A stretch of DNA of 64,000 nucleotides, from contig NIVC01002211.1 in assembly GCA_002269645.1 (NCBI GenBank), forward strand, positions 124,001-188,000. Reading direction: 5' to 3'. This document shows, piece after piece, positions 33,301 through 55,983 of this stretch; positions within the stretch are counted from its first letter, which is position 1; every line of letters starts with the position of its first letter. The DNA comes from Macrostomum lignano (Eukaryota). The translations under genes were made by a program, and so were the position numbers. The notes under the pieces are model-generated. The model was not told where the DNA came from. It made no database searches and worked only from the letters and a program-made list of their open reading frames with translations.

Positions 33301-33577
33301 TGCTGAAAAAGTACATTTGAGGATAAAAGAAAAATACATTTTGGTGCATGATTTAAGATACACAAAATAATGGGATTATAGTAGTATCACTTCATACAAT
33401 GCATATTAGAAGCCAAAATTCGAGTTAAAACAGGTAAAAATGACGCACCTGTTTCCGCAGCTCTCGCCCGTGCCCAGCTAAACAGGTGGGGCAGAGCCGG
33501 CGCGAACAATGCAGACAGTCCGATAGACGGCCAGGCTGACCGCCACGATTGCAGTCTGCGCATTCGTTCATCGCCAT
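30372..33577 (-). CDS. B-box zinc finger + coiled-coil + NHL/beta-propeller-like protein (TRIM-NHL-like, no RING), 3 exons, ~591 aa
   Basis: Exons 33577-33449, 32840-31774, 30951-30372; phases 0 and 2 match; 1776 nt. CxxC...CLHCSRRLCPTCLAGH (B-box-like), then a helical acidic coiled region. The exon 2/3 junction rebuilds an NHL-like repeat, LSR|PEDAATDGELIFVC. Confidence 0.72.
30971..31757. repeat. 22-bp array (ACTGACTACAGCTGCCAGATCT)n followed by 19-bp array (AACAACAGGCGCCAGATCT)n, intronic
   Basis: Tandem arrays sharing GCCAGATCT. Confidence 0.93.
32941..33192 (-). mobile_element. tRNA-derived SINE (family B, longer copy) in intron 1 of the B-box gene
   Basis: Head GGGGTTTTAGCCCAGTGGTTAGAGC...GGTTCGATTC; body shared with the copy at 48750-48915. 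Confidence 0.75.
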
Positions 33578-33755
33578 CGTATTAATAAGTAGTAGAGGCA
33601 GGATATTCTTTAACAACGGCAGGTGTATATTTTTAGTAAAGAAACTATTTCCGATTAGATTTGTTTTCTGCAGGAATAAATGAGAAACATGAAATTACCA
33701 ATGCTCTGGTAGTGCTCTACTAGATTAATCATAATCTTAAGTAACCTTCTATCCC

Positions 33756-34117
33756 TAGGTGGGCCGTAGCCCAGCGGTAGCGCAGCTGCTCTGGTGTGCC
33801 AGCGACCCAGGCTCGATTCCAAGTGCAGTCACATTAATTTGGGGCTGAATTGGAATCTCGGCTTGGCTCTGCTTGTGCAATTAACGGCCTTGAGAGCCAA
33901 CCCCCCAAGACGCAGTGAAGTGTACATGCCTAACGATAATATAAAGTTAGGGCCGCTGTACACTCCTGTGTGATTGTGTGCCTGCGTACGTATCCGCGCG
34001 CTTGTGTGCCTGCTCAGGGGAATCGGCAGAATGGGCCATAATGCCTCTCGCCGGTTGTGTGCCTATGTCGCTTAAAGTGCGCCAGGGTGCACACAACCCC
34101 CCTGTCTCAAATAAAAA
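33756..34117 (+). mobile_element. tRNA-headed SINE with A-rich tail and 13-bp target-site duplication
   Basis: A box TAGCCCAGCGG, B box-like GGCTCGATTCC, tail AAATAAAAA. Direct repeat AACCTTCTATCCC at 33743-33755 and 34118-34130. Confidence 0.8.
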
Positions 34118-37100
34118 AACCTTCTATCCCGACTCTCGCTCCTTAAATTACTGCGACGCAAGTGACTCTGGGGCCATAGAATCGTATCTGAGGCGTATTG
34201 AAGTCGCTGTAGAATCACAGAGTTGCGTCTAGAGCACATCTGCGTCATTTTATGAATTAGAAATGCATTTTGCATTTATAACAGCTTTATTTAGTTTACT
34301 TGTGTTAGTAGAAAGTTAAGCGCTAACACAACGACTCTTGGACGACTCTTTTGCAACTCTGCAACTGATGTGATGCGCTCGTGACTCAACAGCCGCCTCT
34401 CTCCTGTTGTATCTCAGACTGAACAGGTTGAATCAAAGGACACAAGTTCGATTCCTGACATGGCTAAATTTATTTGCAATACTGAACTTGTGCTTAGTAT
34501 TGAGATCAGTTGAAGGGAGTGCTACTTTAAAAAGAATCAGAACGATGTCCATTGTACCATTATAACCAACTACCCTTCACTTCTCTGTTATCCAAGTGAA
34601 AAGAAACCTGTATTTAAAATATGGAATACTGGGCCTATTTTACTCATTTTCTATGCATGATTGTCTAACCTAAGGGAAATAGATACTGTATCAAAAAATC
34701 GAGCCAACTAAGAGCATATAGCATTAGTTTTCTGATGCAGAGCATGGCATTTAAACTAGGTCAACTACATATGGCCACAATTTAGATTCAATGAGGGGCT
34801 AGAAGTATAAATTTTTAATTGAATTTACATAGGCCTACTTTCCTTTTTATTTAAGAAGCATTGTACAATAAGCTATGATGATGTTCCCTATTAGAATAAA
34901 TTTTCAAGCATGGAAATTGGCCAAAATGCACAAATAATTTATTAGTCTCTTATTTAGTATCATTTGCTAGGCTTCTGAACTTAGTGGAATTTGCCATTTA
35001 TTTTCTTAGTTGTAATAGGAATTATCCTATCTAAGTCTGTCACAGGCTACAAAGCTATATCCAATATATTTTTATAATAAAAATATCTAATGAACTATCT
35101 AAACTTGTCAAAAGCAATCAATTTAGGCATATAACCCATTTTCTTTTTTACAAAGGCAATTGCTATATCATGCCACTCTTTTTTCCCTTTTGCTATATCA
35201 CAGTGTATCACTAAAGGGATCTATTTAAAAGTAAGGCAATTGGCCAATTTAACAAATAATATCTTTTAATAGGAATCTAAAAAATAATTAAATAACAAAT
35301 GACTAAATTAAAAGTTGATTTTAACCTAACTCTTAGTATACAAGCCTTATTTATTTATCTACACATGAAATTGACAATAAAAGTAAAATAATTGCTATAT
35401 ATTATTCTAATTATCTAGCTTAGATATATAAATTGCTTTGTAATACTTTGTCAAAATGGTAATTGTATGCATTTTATTTAAAGTACCTTCTTATTTTAAA
35501 TATTTTAAATACCATTTTAGGCCTATTTTTATCTAGACTAGGCCTATACTATGGTTGATGGTGGTTTTATCTGCTGCCAGTTTGTTGCCATTCTTTTGTC
35601 TACAAAAATACAATGCTGTCATTTTGTCTGCCACAAAATATTAAGACTAAGTATGATACTACTAGTACATTTAATATTGAAAATAAATATCTATATATCT
35701 TAAAAAGTACTTATAGTGAAGATAACGAATTCATTACGTAACAAGCACGAGCATACGATCTAAAAAATATTTTCTAAGGGACCTGTAGTATAGGCCTATG
35801 GCTACACGTACACTAGACCAAACTTTTTGTTTGTTATATGAATTTTGTCAGCTGAATATAATTGTTCATAATGAAAATGCATCATCATTGGATGGTGTCA
35901 TAACAATGCTCATAACAGCCAGCTGATCATATTTAACAGCTCTGTCTTGCCGTCTTGGCCTTCAATAATTGCAGCTTCCATCCATCCATCCATCCATATA
36001 TAGTTTCTTTTTTCAATGGATGTTTAAAATTGATATTATGTTTCTTTGAAATATTGCAATAAACAAAATTACGCTTGGAAAAACTGACATCCCACTTTAA
36101 ATAAGCTTTGCTAGCTATGTAGCTATACCTTAACTTTTCTTTTAAAAAGTCATTTTGTCTGCCGGCAGACAAAAAGGCGGCAGACGAAATGACCACACAC
36201 CTATATTATACTTTTTAAATCTATACTTTGATGCTATTATTTAAAATTTTAAGTTTAAAAACAATCTTCAATAGGCTATTAAATATGAAAATGAAATATG
36301 ATCTTAAATATGATAGACCTTATACTAATAATTATTCACTAAATTATTCAAAAATCTATTTTAGTAATAAAAGCCTAACTAAAAACTAATGCCTAGATTC
36401 TATCATCTATAAACTAAAACACAAACAAATCCTATAGTCATAGACCCCTAATTTAGCTTCTAAGGAAATATATTTGGTATATAAAATGCTTAATTCGCAT
36501 AAAAGGCCATTTAAAAAAAATAACTTGACTTAAGTAGGCCTAAGTTTTGTTGCATTATTGATACATCTAGATTCTAACATCTAGGATCCAGTTTTGCATT
36601 TACAAAATAAGCCTACTTTTTTATAAGCAATGAATTTAATAAAATATTAGATTTATAAATATTATATGATAAATTAAACTAGTGACTGAAACTTTTTTTA
36701 AATACTAATTGATCATCAAACTAAGTTTTTGAAACTGACAACCCAATTTTCAAAAACACATTAAAATATAGACATTAAGCTTTATTTTACAATACTTAAA
36801 ATTGGAAAAAATGGAATCAGATTGAACGAAAATAGGTAGTCTTAGTTTAAATAAATGTTACCAGTAATGTCATTCCTAACTGAGGCCTAAGACTCGCCCG
36901 CCCTACAAGCAAGGAAACGGGCAAAGCGAGCGAGTCTAAAATGCGAAAAAATACAGTTGAGATTTAAAATACGATACAGACGCCATCTAGAAAGCTAATA
37001 TAACAAAAAATTCGTCTCAGGTTTATTACTCGGGCTTTATAGACCAGATAAATATCGTGGAACTATGGAAGTTTCTGATCCCATAACTCACTGCACTATT

Positions 37101-38262
37101 CATTTATCCTTTTGTGTGTGTTCTACATGTATTCATTGTGTTCGTGGGCAGGAAGGATCTCATCGGTGTTCATGTACCCATACAGGGCGTTTATGAATGT
37201 GTAGAATGCGTCTGCCTAATTTCCTGTCTAGAGAGAGAGACATTCTAGCTGGTACTATTTTTTATGTGCCCCCTGCATTTTTTTTCATGTACAGTGTACA
37301 GGTTTAGTGTATTAATGAATATTATGGGCAATAAACGCGTCGGATAGCGCAAACATGGTTTCCCACAATCACAAGATAAAGAAATCAAGGCAATATTCCC
37401 TTGTGATCTATAGTCATATAGCCATTAATCTAGACAATGCGTGCACATGTACAGGTAGTTTAAAGAAGCATTAAAATCTTTGCCTAAATAACATGCAGGG
37501 ACAGAGTCCTCAATTGTCAATGAGGAATTTTTAACGGGAAACTACTAATGGGAAAGATTCTGTAGGGAAGAATTTTTGTTGTTGTATAGAATAATAAAGG
37601 ATAACTTTGGACTTCTGAGACTGAAACCTCCTGTGCAGGTCGAAAATGATCGTGTCAGGGGAGTTTTGAATTATAGCGCCAGAAGGAATTCCATAGCCAG
37701 GGGCGCCAAACTGGGACAGAAATGATTTTACATGTATAATGGTGCATGCATGTCAACAAGGATTAATTTATAGTGCTTTGTCCATCGTAATAAACTCTGT
37801 GGCATCGACTACTATCGTCTGTTCTCGTATCCTTGCGATCTACTATAGCCTAAGAGCGTTTTGCCTCATTTATGCTCCATATAAATAGCAATTTTACGTA
37901 GAAACCCCGGAATCGATCGATAGTCAATTGTATAGCTAAGCTAGGGTGGATGTCTAAATTTTATGACAATCACTATTTAATCAGGTGTAATTTCCCATGC
38001 AGTCACAGGAAGTCAGTCTGTGATAAGTTTTGAATTTTCTTTAAAAAGATTCAAAAGCAGAGGAAACACGCACAGGCCACCATAGCTCCCATTGTGTTTG
38101 TTTCCCCCTGCATCAAACTTTATAAAAATATTCTGCCTGCAGATTATTGTTTTACTGCCTTATACCTTAACGAAGAATAATACTCAACACCTTGAATACA
38201 ATAGTACAGTACAGAAAATACATGTAAACGGCAGGAGTCAAGCCGAATGACTCTTAAATCAC

Positions 38263-38463
38263 GGGGCGATTCTCGCGCAGGGCGATTCTCGCGGGGCGAT
38301 TCTCGCGCAGGGCGATTCTCGCGGGGCGATTCTCTCGCGGGGCGATTCTCGCGCAGGGCGATTCTCGCGGGGCGATTCTCGCGCGGGGCGATTCTTTCGC
38401 GGGGCGATTCTCGCGCGGGGCGATTCTCGCGCGGGGCGATTCTCTCGCGGGGCGATTCTCGCG
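38263..38463. repeat. CpG-rich ~15-bp array (GGGGCGATTCTCGCG)n
   Basis: Tandem array. Confidence 0.9.
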
Positions 38464-39644
38464 GGCAGACTGCATTTGAGCCACTTGCATTGAATCCTGA
38501 AATCATAAAATTAACACGAAATTCATTTGATTATCAAACTGAGAAAAATAATCTTTTTTAATCCTGCATTTAAGACACCTGTGATCCTTGAACAGCCAAT
38601 TTTGTTGGGCTTGACAGAGGAGAATATTTTAATTTGAACGATTCCATCCCGCATCGTTTTAAAGACACAAAAAGGATATCTCTACACAAAGGCGAGGTGC
38701 TTGACCTAGCATTGTCAGCGTGAACTGCATGGGCGTAGCCCATTCATCAGAGGATCAGTCCAATCAGCAGCAGGGATAGGAAACACGAGCTAGATCACAG
38801 CCTATATGCTTTTAAAATACGAAGCGAACTTTAGGACAGAATGGAAGACAGCTTGACACTCGATACAGACGCATTCCGATTGGCCACGACGCTGAGCCAT
38901 TGGGTAAAAGCCGTGTGCAATTCATCAATCTAGTATTTAACAGCCGGCACTGAAGCACTTAGGCTACACCAAGAGGCCTTACCTGAGTAATATTAGTTTC
39001 GAGTCTGTCTGCAATATTATACAGCCGGCACTTACGGAATGTAAGTAAATTCTACTCACTAATGCTATAATCATTTGGCATTATAACAGATTTTTTGATA
39101 TTCAATACTTAGCGTGCAGAAAATGCATAGGAAAAAGTGAGTCGATAAAGAGCCAGTGTCCATCATACCGGCTTTTCGTCACGCATGACAAATTATCGTC
39201 AAGGTTCTTGTTATTGAAGAGAGAAGTTGCCACCAATATATGGTTTAGAATTGCGCTAGCATCTGGCAGCGTCAGCCAGCACATTATTTATCACGCGTGG
39301 CACGAAATGCACTAGAAATCACTGAGAGCTGACTTCCTTCCATACAGGAATCGTGAGTATAGGAGTTGAGTCGTTGTGGACAACAGGAAATTCTTAGTGT
39401 GTCTTGGAACTGTGCGCCTCTAGCTCGTATTGGCAGATAGATTCTTGACTAACAATTTACGCCAATCGACTGATTTTAATTGCGCAAATTATACTCCATG
39501 TCGCAATTTTAATTTTTTGACACGTCCGTCAATCATGCCTTCGTTTCCAACAGAACGTTTCCAACAGAACGTTTCCAACAGAACAGAACAAACAACAAAC
39601 CATTTTTTATTTTAGGATTCAATGCAGTTTGCAAAATAAAGTCC

Positions 39645-40140
39645 TCTCCTCTCCTCTCCTCTCTTCTCTTGTCCTGTCCTGTCATCTCCTCTCCTCTCCT
39701 CTCTTCTCTTGTCCTGTCCTGTCATCTCCTCTCCTCTCCTCTCCTCTCCTCTCCTCTCCTCTCCTCTCCTCTCCTCTCCTCTCCTCTCCTCTCCTCTCAT
39801 CTCCTCTCCTTTTCCTCTCCTCTCCTCTCCTCTCCTCTCCTCTCCTCTCTTCTCCTCTCATCTCCTCTCCTTTTCTCTCCTCTTTTCTCCTCTCATCTCC
39901 TCTCCTTTTCTTTCCTCTCCTCTCCTCTCCTCTCCTCTCCTCTCCTCTCCTCTCCTCTCCTCTCCTCTCCTCTCATCTCTTCTCCTTTTCCTCTCCTCTC
40001 CTCTCCTCTCCTCTCCTCTCTTCTCCTCTCATCTCCTCTCCTTTTCTCTCCTCTCCTCTCTCCTCTCATCTCCTCTCCTTTTCTCTCCTCTCCTCTCCTC
40101 TCCTCTCCTCTCCTCTCCTCTCCTCGCCTCTCCCTCTCCC
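39645..40140. repeat. (TCCTC)n microsatellite
   Basis: Direct reading. Confidence 0.96.
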
Positions 40141-40414
40141 CTCTCCCTCTTCCCCCTCTTGCATTTCTCCTATATTCAACTCTTAAGACCTAAACACTTA
40201 TGAAAAGCGTAATTTTCGTCTGAGACGTAAGGAAAGATTCAACGAATATCTTGGAAACTCCGCATCACACAGGGAGAACGCCAGCCAGGAATACATTCAG
40301 CCGCCAGCCTGTGACCTGGGCGTACCGGCAGTGCCCTCGTTCATAAACGAGTGCGTCTGGCGAATTAACATCAACTCCAGTGTGACGGGGACTGCGCCAG
40401 CTCCTGGTGTACCC

Positions 40415-51054
<10,640 letters not shown>

Positions 51055-51139
51055 GGACCGTCAAACTTTAGGGAATTTGCCACTCGGAAATTTCCCAACT
51101 CCCCGGAATATCCGCAAAAGGAGCTACAGCTACAGCAGG

Positions 51140-51500
51140 AAGACGAAGTCACAGAGGGGACACGGGACCAGCTACAGTTAGGTGTCAGCAACAGAGGGGC
51201 GCCAGTCACAGAGGGATTCGGGACCAGCTACAGTTGGGTGTCAGCAACAGAGGGGGCAAACTACAGAGGGGACACGGGACCAGCTACAGTTGGGTGTCAG
51301 CAACAGAGGGGCGCCAGTCACAGAGGGGACACGGGACCAGCTACAGTTGGGTGTCAGCAACAGAGGGGCGCCAGTCACAGAGGGGACACGGGACCAGCTA
51401 CAGTTGGGTGTCAGCAACAGAGGGGCGCCAGTCACAGAGGGGACACGGGACCAGCTACAGTTGGGTGTCAGCAACAGAGGGGGCAAACTACAGAGGTCCC
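51140..51500. repeat. 57-bp minisatellite just downstream of the GPCR stop
   Basis: Period 57. Confidence 0.9.
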
Positions 51501-52454
51501 CAGTGAGCTGGAATAGGCTGCAACAAGTGCATGACTAAACTAAACTTGACGACAGACCCTCTTTAGTAGGTTTGTTAAGGCTGGGAACTCTCCTATACAT
51601 GTAAAATCTGAAGTTACATTGCAAATAATGCGCCCTTATCTGTTGTTGTGATGCGTTGTACTTTAATTGCAACGCACCAAGTCGCGTTCTGCACATTTAA
51701 CAGCAGAAATCCTGACCAAGGCCAGTTACGTTTGGTAATACAAGCTACTGACCACAAGATCTGGTCAATCAACATTGAACAGTTGGTGTACTGTTTCAGG
51801 CACTTGTTCGTACACTCGTGTTTCACGATTTAGAAATAGGATCTCTGCAAGGTTAATCAATGTGCAATATTTACTGGCAAGCTCAAATGCCATAATCTGG
51901 GATGAGTTTAGATATTTAAGGAAGTAAATAAATTTGTTTTCACAGGAGACTTGGCCATCGAAATACTCGTAGTTAACGATTTTATGTCTCTCGATTCATG
52001 TCGCAGTTCTAAAAAATCTGTCATAGTAAATACTTCATTTTTTAAAGAATATTTTTCGCCATTTTCGAGAGAAAAAGTACATTCCTCCAATAGCCCCAGT
52101 CTGTTCACTGGGAATCCTTATTAAAGGCTTGTTATTAAGAACGACATCAGACTTCCCTTTTCTTTAGCTGGGTGAGCCGAAGACGAACTAATGACCATCT
52201 GGAACAGAGTGACATTGTACAGGTGCAGTGCTCGAAGTCTTTTGCACTAAACATGAGTAGCCCAGTTTTATACTGTAGAAAGTATATAAAGGATGGTTGC
52301 AGAAAAACATTATTTTCGGCTCTAACAGAGAATTTGGTGCTGAAATATGCAATATTTACCTGCATATTCTGATCAAGCGAGAAGAGGCTATTGGAGCAGC
52401 AAGCGATGAAGCCGGATCAATTTCAGCCCTGCGTCTGAGTTTAGTTAAGCAGAG

Positions 52455-52535
52455 CAGAGTACAACAGTAACAACAGCAACATCATCAACAACAACAACAA
52501 TAACAGCAACAACAAGAACAATGACAACAAAAAAT

Positions 52536-52583
<48 letters not shown>

Positions 52584-52590
52584 GCAACAT
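52455..52590. repeat. (AAC)n microsatellite
   Basis: Direct reading. Confidence 0.93.
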
Positions 52591-53829
52591 CTGTCGACCT
52601 TTACGGACGACCTGGAGCCCCGGCTCCAGCTCCTGCCCGGCGCTGCGTCTTCGTCGCGGAGGGGAGGCACCCAGACCATCGGGTGTCGAAGAGCGCCGGA
52701 AACCCGGACACACAGTGTCCCATCGGCTAGTACGACCTTACCGATGGTCACTTGGTGGCGCGGCTCCTGCGTTCTCTCGGCTGGGTCCCCATCTGAAGGA
52801 GCCGCACTCCGCAATCAACAGCAACAACAGCAACAAATACAAGAACACATACGAGCGTACAAAAACAAAATAACAGCGGCAACAACTAAAAAACAGCAAC
52901 AGCAAAAACAACAATACGCTGTCGAAATTTATGAAGTTAAATAGCAATAACAGCGCAACAGGGCGCGCCTCAATGCTCTGCACGAAAGCCGCGCTGCCAA
53001 CCGAGTCCGGGACGCCAGCGGCAGCCACAATTGCTGTACAGCTGGTTCAGGTTCAGGTGCAACTGCGGAACTGAGCTGCCCGCGTGTCTCTCGTACTTGT
53101 AAATCTTCAGCAGGATGGCGGCAAACATCGCATCAAATATATGTAGCAACAGCATGTACCAAATTTTCCTAGGAACTGTACGAGTATGAAGAAATCTTTT
53201 CATCCCAAGGCGACAAGGGAGATTTTCAGCTGCTGCTAATATTTCCTTGCTTGCTCTGTTTCCATCGAATGAAATTCACGAAAAAGTCCAAAATAACGGC
53301 TATCTGTCTGGTGCAAAATTGCTACAACAGAAATTGAGTATTCTTGCATCCCGGCTTTTACTCGCACGGCATTCATTGACTGGGCTGATGTAGCTCTGAG
53401 TCTTGAAATGTAGCAGAGTTCGCTCGGAGTAAGCTGAGAAAGTTTTGCAATCCCATGGAATTATGAGAAATTTGACTCACGACATCAGGCTAACTTCTAA
53501 ATTTTCTTTGAACTCTCGAAATGCAGAACATTTATCAACGAACCCAAGTATCTAGGGGCCTCGGAGTCAGCCTTATTAACAATTGTCTTTTCAAAGCTAT
53601 ATAAGAAATCAATGAAACAAATGAAGCAGAGTTGAAGAACGCGCTTCAATGGCCAGCCAATCGTGCCTTTTCCAAGAACTCCCGTGCTCATTTGGCAGAT
53701 TGGACCAGCTATGCACAGACAGTTCAAATCTTACCTGTCAATTGTCAAGTTCTCAAGGGTTGCCTAGGGACTTTGAGTTTTTAGACTCGTTTGTAGTTTG
53801 TTGGAGCGTTGTGGTGACCCAACAACAGA

Positions 53830-54140
53830 GGATCTGGGAGGGCTGCGGTGGCCCAGCAGCTGAGGATCTGGGAGGGTGGCCCAGCAGCTGAGGATCTGGG
53901 AGGGTGGCCCAGCAGCTGAGGATCTGGGAGGGCGGACCAGCAGCTGAGGATCTGGGAGGGCGGACCAGCAGCTGAGGATCTGGGAGGCTGGCCCAGCAGC
54001 TGAGGATCTGGGAGGGCGGACCAGCAACTGAGGATCTGGGAGGGCGGACCAGCAGCTGAAGATCTGGGAGGCTGGCCCAGCAGCTGAGGATCTGGGAGGG
54101 CGGACCAGCAACTGAAGATCTGGGAGGGCGGAGAAGCAGC
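53830..54140. repeat. 28-bp minisatellite (GCCCAGCAGCTGAGGATCTGGGAGGGTG)n, copy 1
   Basis: Tandem array; same unit as 56510-56985. Confidence 0.92.
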
Positions 54141-54762
54141 TGGGAGGGTGAAATATAAAATCACGGAGTTATTTAGGGCTGCAATAGATATAGTCTTGTA
54201 AGATTTAAATTATTCTCAATATAACCTCGTTACGGTCATATTAAAAGAATACTATAATTTTAAATAATATTGTCCATAACGAAAGTGGTAAATTTGAATA
54301 GCTGCTATATGTCTCAATCCGAGAAGCATCATGCTATAGAAAAAGTGTCTGAGCGTTAATTTTGAATAAATGTAACAAAACAACAGTAGCGATATTAATA
54401 ATACGTCGTAGATAATATTGTGGAGAGACTTTTGAATAACAAATAATATACGTGGGAATTAAAAAAACACAGACAGGGAAAACCGAGACATTCTGTCACC
54501 GCCCCAGGGCACTCGCATCTGCCAGGCAAACACTGCATCGCAGATGGAGAAGGTTCCTGAATTCACTAGGCGCACGCAAGTCAACTTTGAGTGTTCGGAA
54601 ATATTCGGGAATATTGATGAAACAGCATGTCTCTGTCCGTCTGTTACTATTACTTGTAGAAAATCTGTAAATAAAACGAAATTAAAAAATAAAACTGCAA
54701 TTAACAAAAATTATGCAGTGACTATTCTGAGATTGTAGTGAAAATTTTGTCAGCATAAAATG

Positions 54763-55785
54763 ATTGGGTCAGGAAGGATTGGGTCAGGAACGAATGGGTC
54801 AGGAAGGAATGGGTCAGGAAGGAGTGGGTCAGGAAGGATTGCGTCAGGAAGGATTGGGTCAGGAAGGATTGGGTCAGGAAGGATTGGGTCAGGAAGGAAT
54901 GGGTCAGGAAGGATTGGGTCAGGAAGGATTGGGTCAGGAAGGAATAGCACAGGAAGGATTGGGTCAGGAAGGAGTGGGTCAGGAAGGATTGGGTCAGGAA
55001 GGATTGGGTCAGGAAGGAGTGGGTCAGGAAGGATTGGGTCAGGAAGGATTGGGTCAGGAAGGATTGGGTCAGGAACGAATGGGTCAGGAAGGAATGGGTC
55101 AGGAAGGAGTGGGTCAGGAAGGATTGGGTCAGGAAGGATTGGGTCAGGAAGGATTGGGTCAGGAACGAATGGGTCAGGAAGGAATGGGTCAGGAAGGAGT
55201 GGGTCAGAAAGGATTGGGTCAGGAAGGATTGGGTCAGGAAGGATTGGGTCAGGAAGGATTGGGTCAGGAAGGATTGGGTCAGGAAGGATTGGGTCAGGAA
55301 GGATTGGGTCAGGAAGGATTGGGTCAGGAAGGATTGGGTCAGGAAGGATTGGGTCAGGAAGGATTGGGTCAGGAAGGATTGGGTCAGGAAGGAGTGGGTC
55401 AGGAAGGATTGGGTCAGGAAGGATTGGGTCAGGAAGGAATAGGACAGGAAGGATTGGGTCAGGAAGGAGTGGGTCAGGAAGGATTGGGTCAGGAAGGAGT
55501 GGGTCAGGAAAGAATGGGTCAGGAAGGATTGGGTCAGGAAGGATTGGGTCAGGAAGGAATAGGACAGGAAGGAATGGGTCAGGAAGGAGTGGGTCAGGAA
55601 AGAATGGGTCAGGAAGGAATGGGTCAGGAGGGAATGGGTCAGGAAGGAATGGGTCAGGAGGGAATGGTTCAGGAAGGAATGGGTCAGGAAGGATTGGGTC
55701 AGGAAGGAATGGGTCAGGAAGGATTGGGTCAGGAAGGATTGGGTCAGGAAGGAATGGGTCAGGAAGGAATGGGTCAGAAAGGGAA
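54763..55785. repeat. 15-bp minisatellite (GGGTCAGGAAGGATT)n
   Basis: Tandem array of about 68 units. Confidence 0.96.
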
Positions 55786-55983
55786 TGAAAAGTTCAAAGG
55801 TTGAAAGTACAATAAACAAGTCAAAAGGTCAAGACGCAGCTGCTGTTCACTTGATAAAAACCAATGTAACCGTATCAAAAAAGGTCAAAAGAGATGAAAT
55901 CTAAATTAAACAACGCAGCACCATCTTAGAGCGTTACAACTGGAAAAGAATAACAAACAAAATTTGGCACCAATTCAATTTCT

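Noticed and set aside
36889-36939. GC-rich hairpin (AGACTCGC...GCGAGTCT) as a Helitron end or structured RNA
   Set aside because: Arms are only about 8 bp, there is no adjacent CTRR terminus and no second copy in the window.
51908-52365. Short protein-like minus-strand ORFs
   Set aside because: No recognisable motif or consistent splice chain; within chance expectation.
54722-55819. Long GSGRI / GQEGL / TQSFL repeat ORFs
   Set aside because: A 15-bp unit is open in several frames on both strands; there is no unique flanking coding sequence or splice context.
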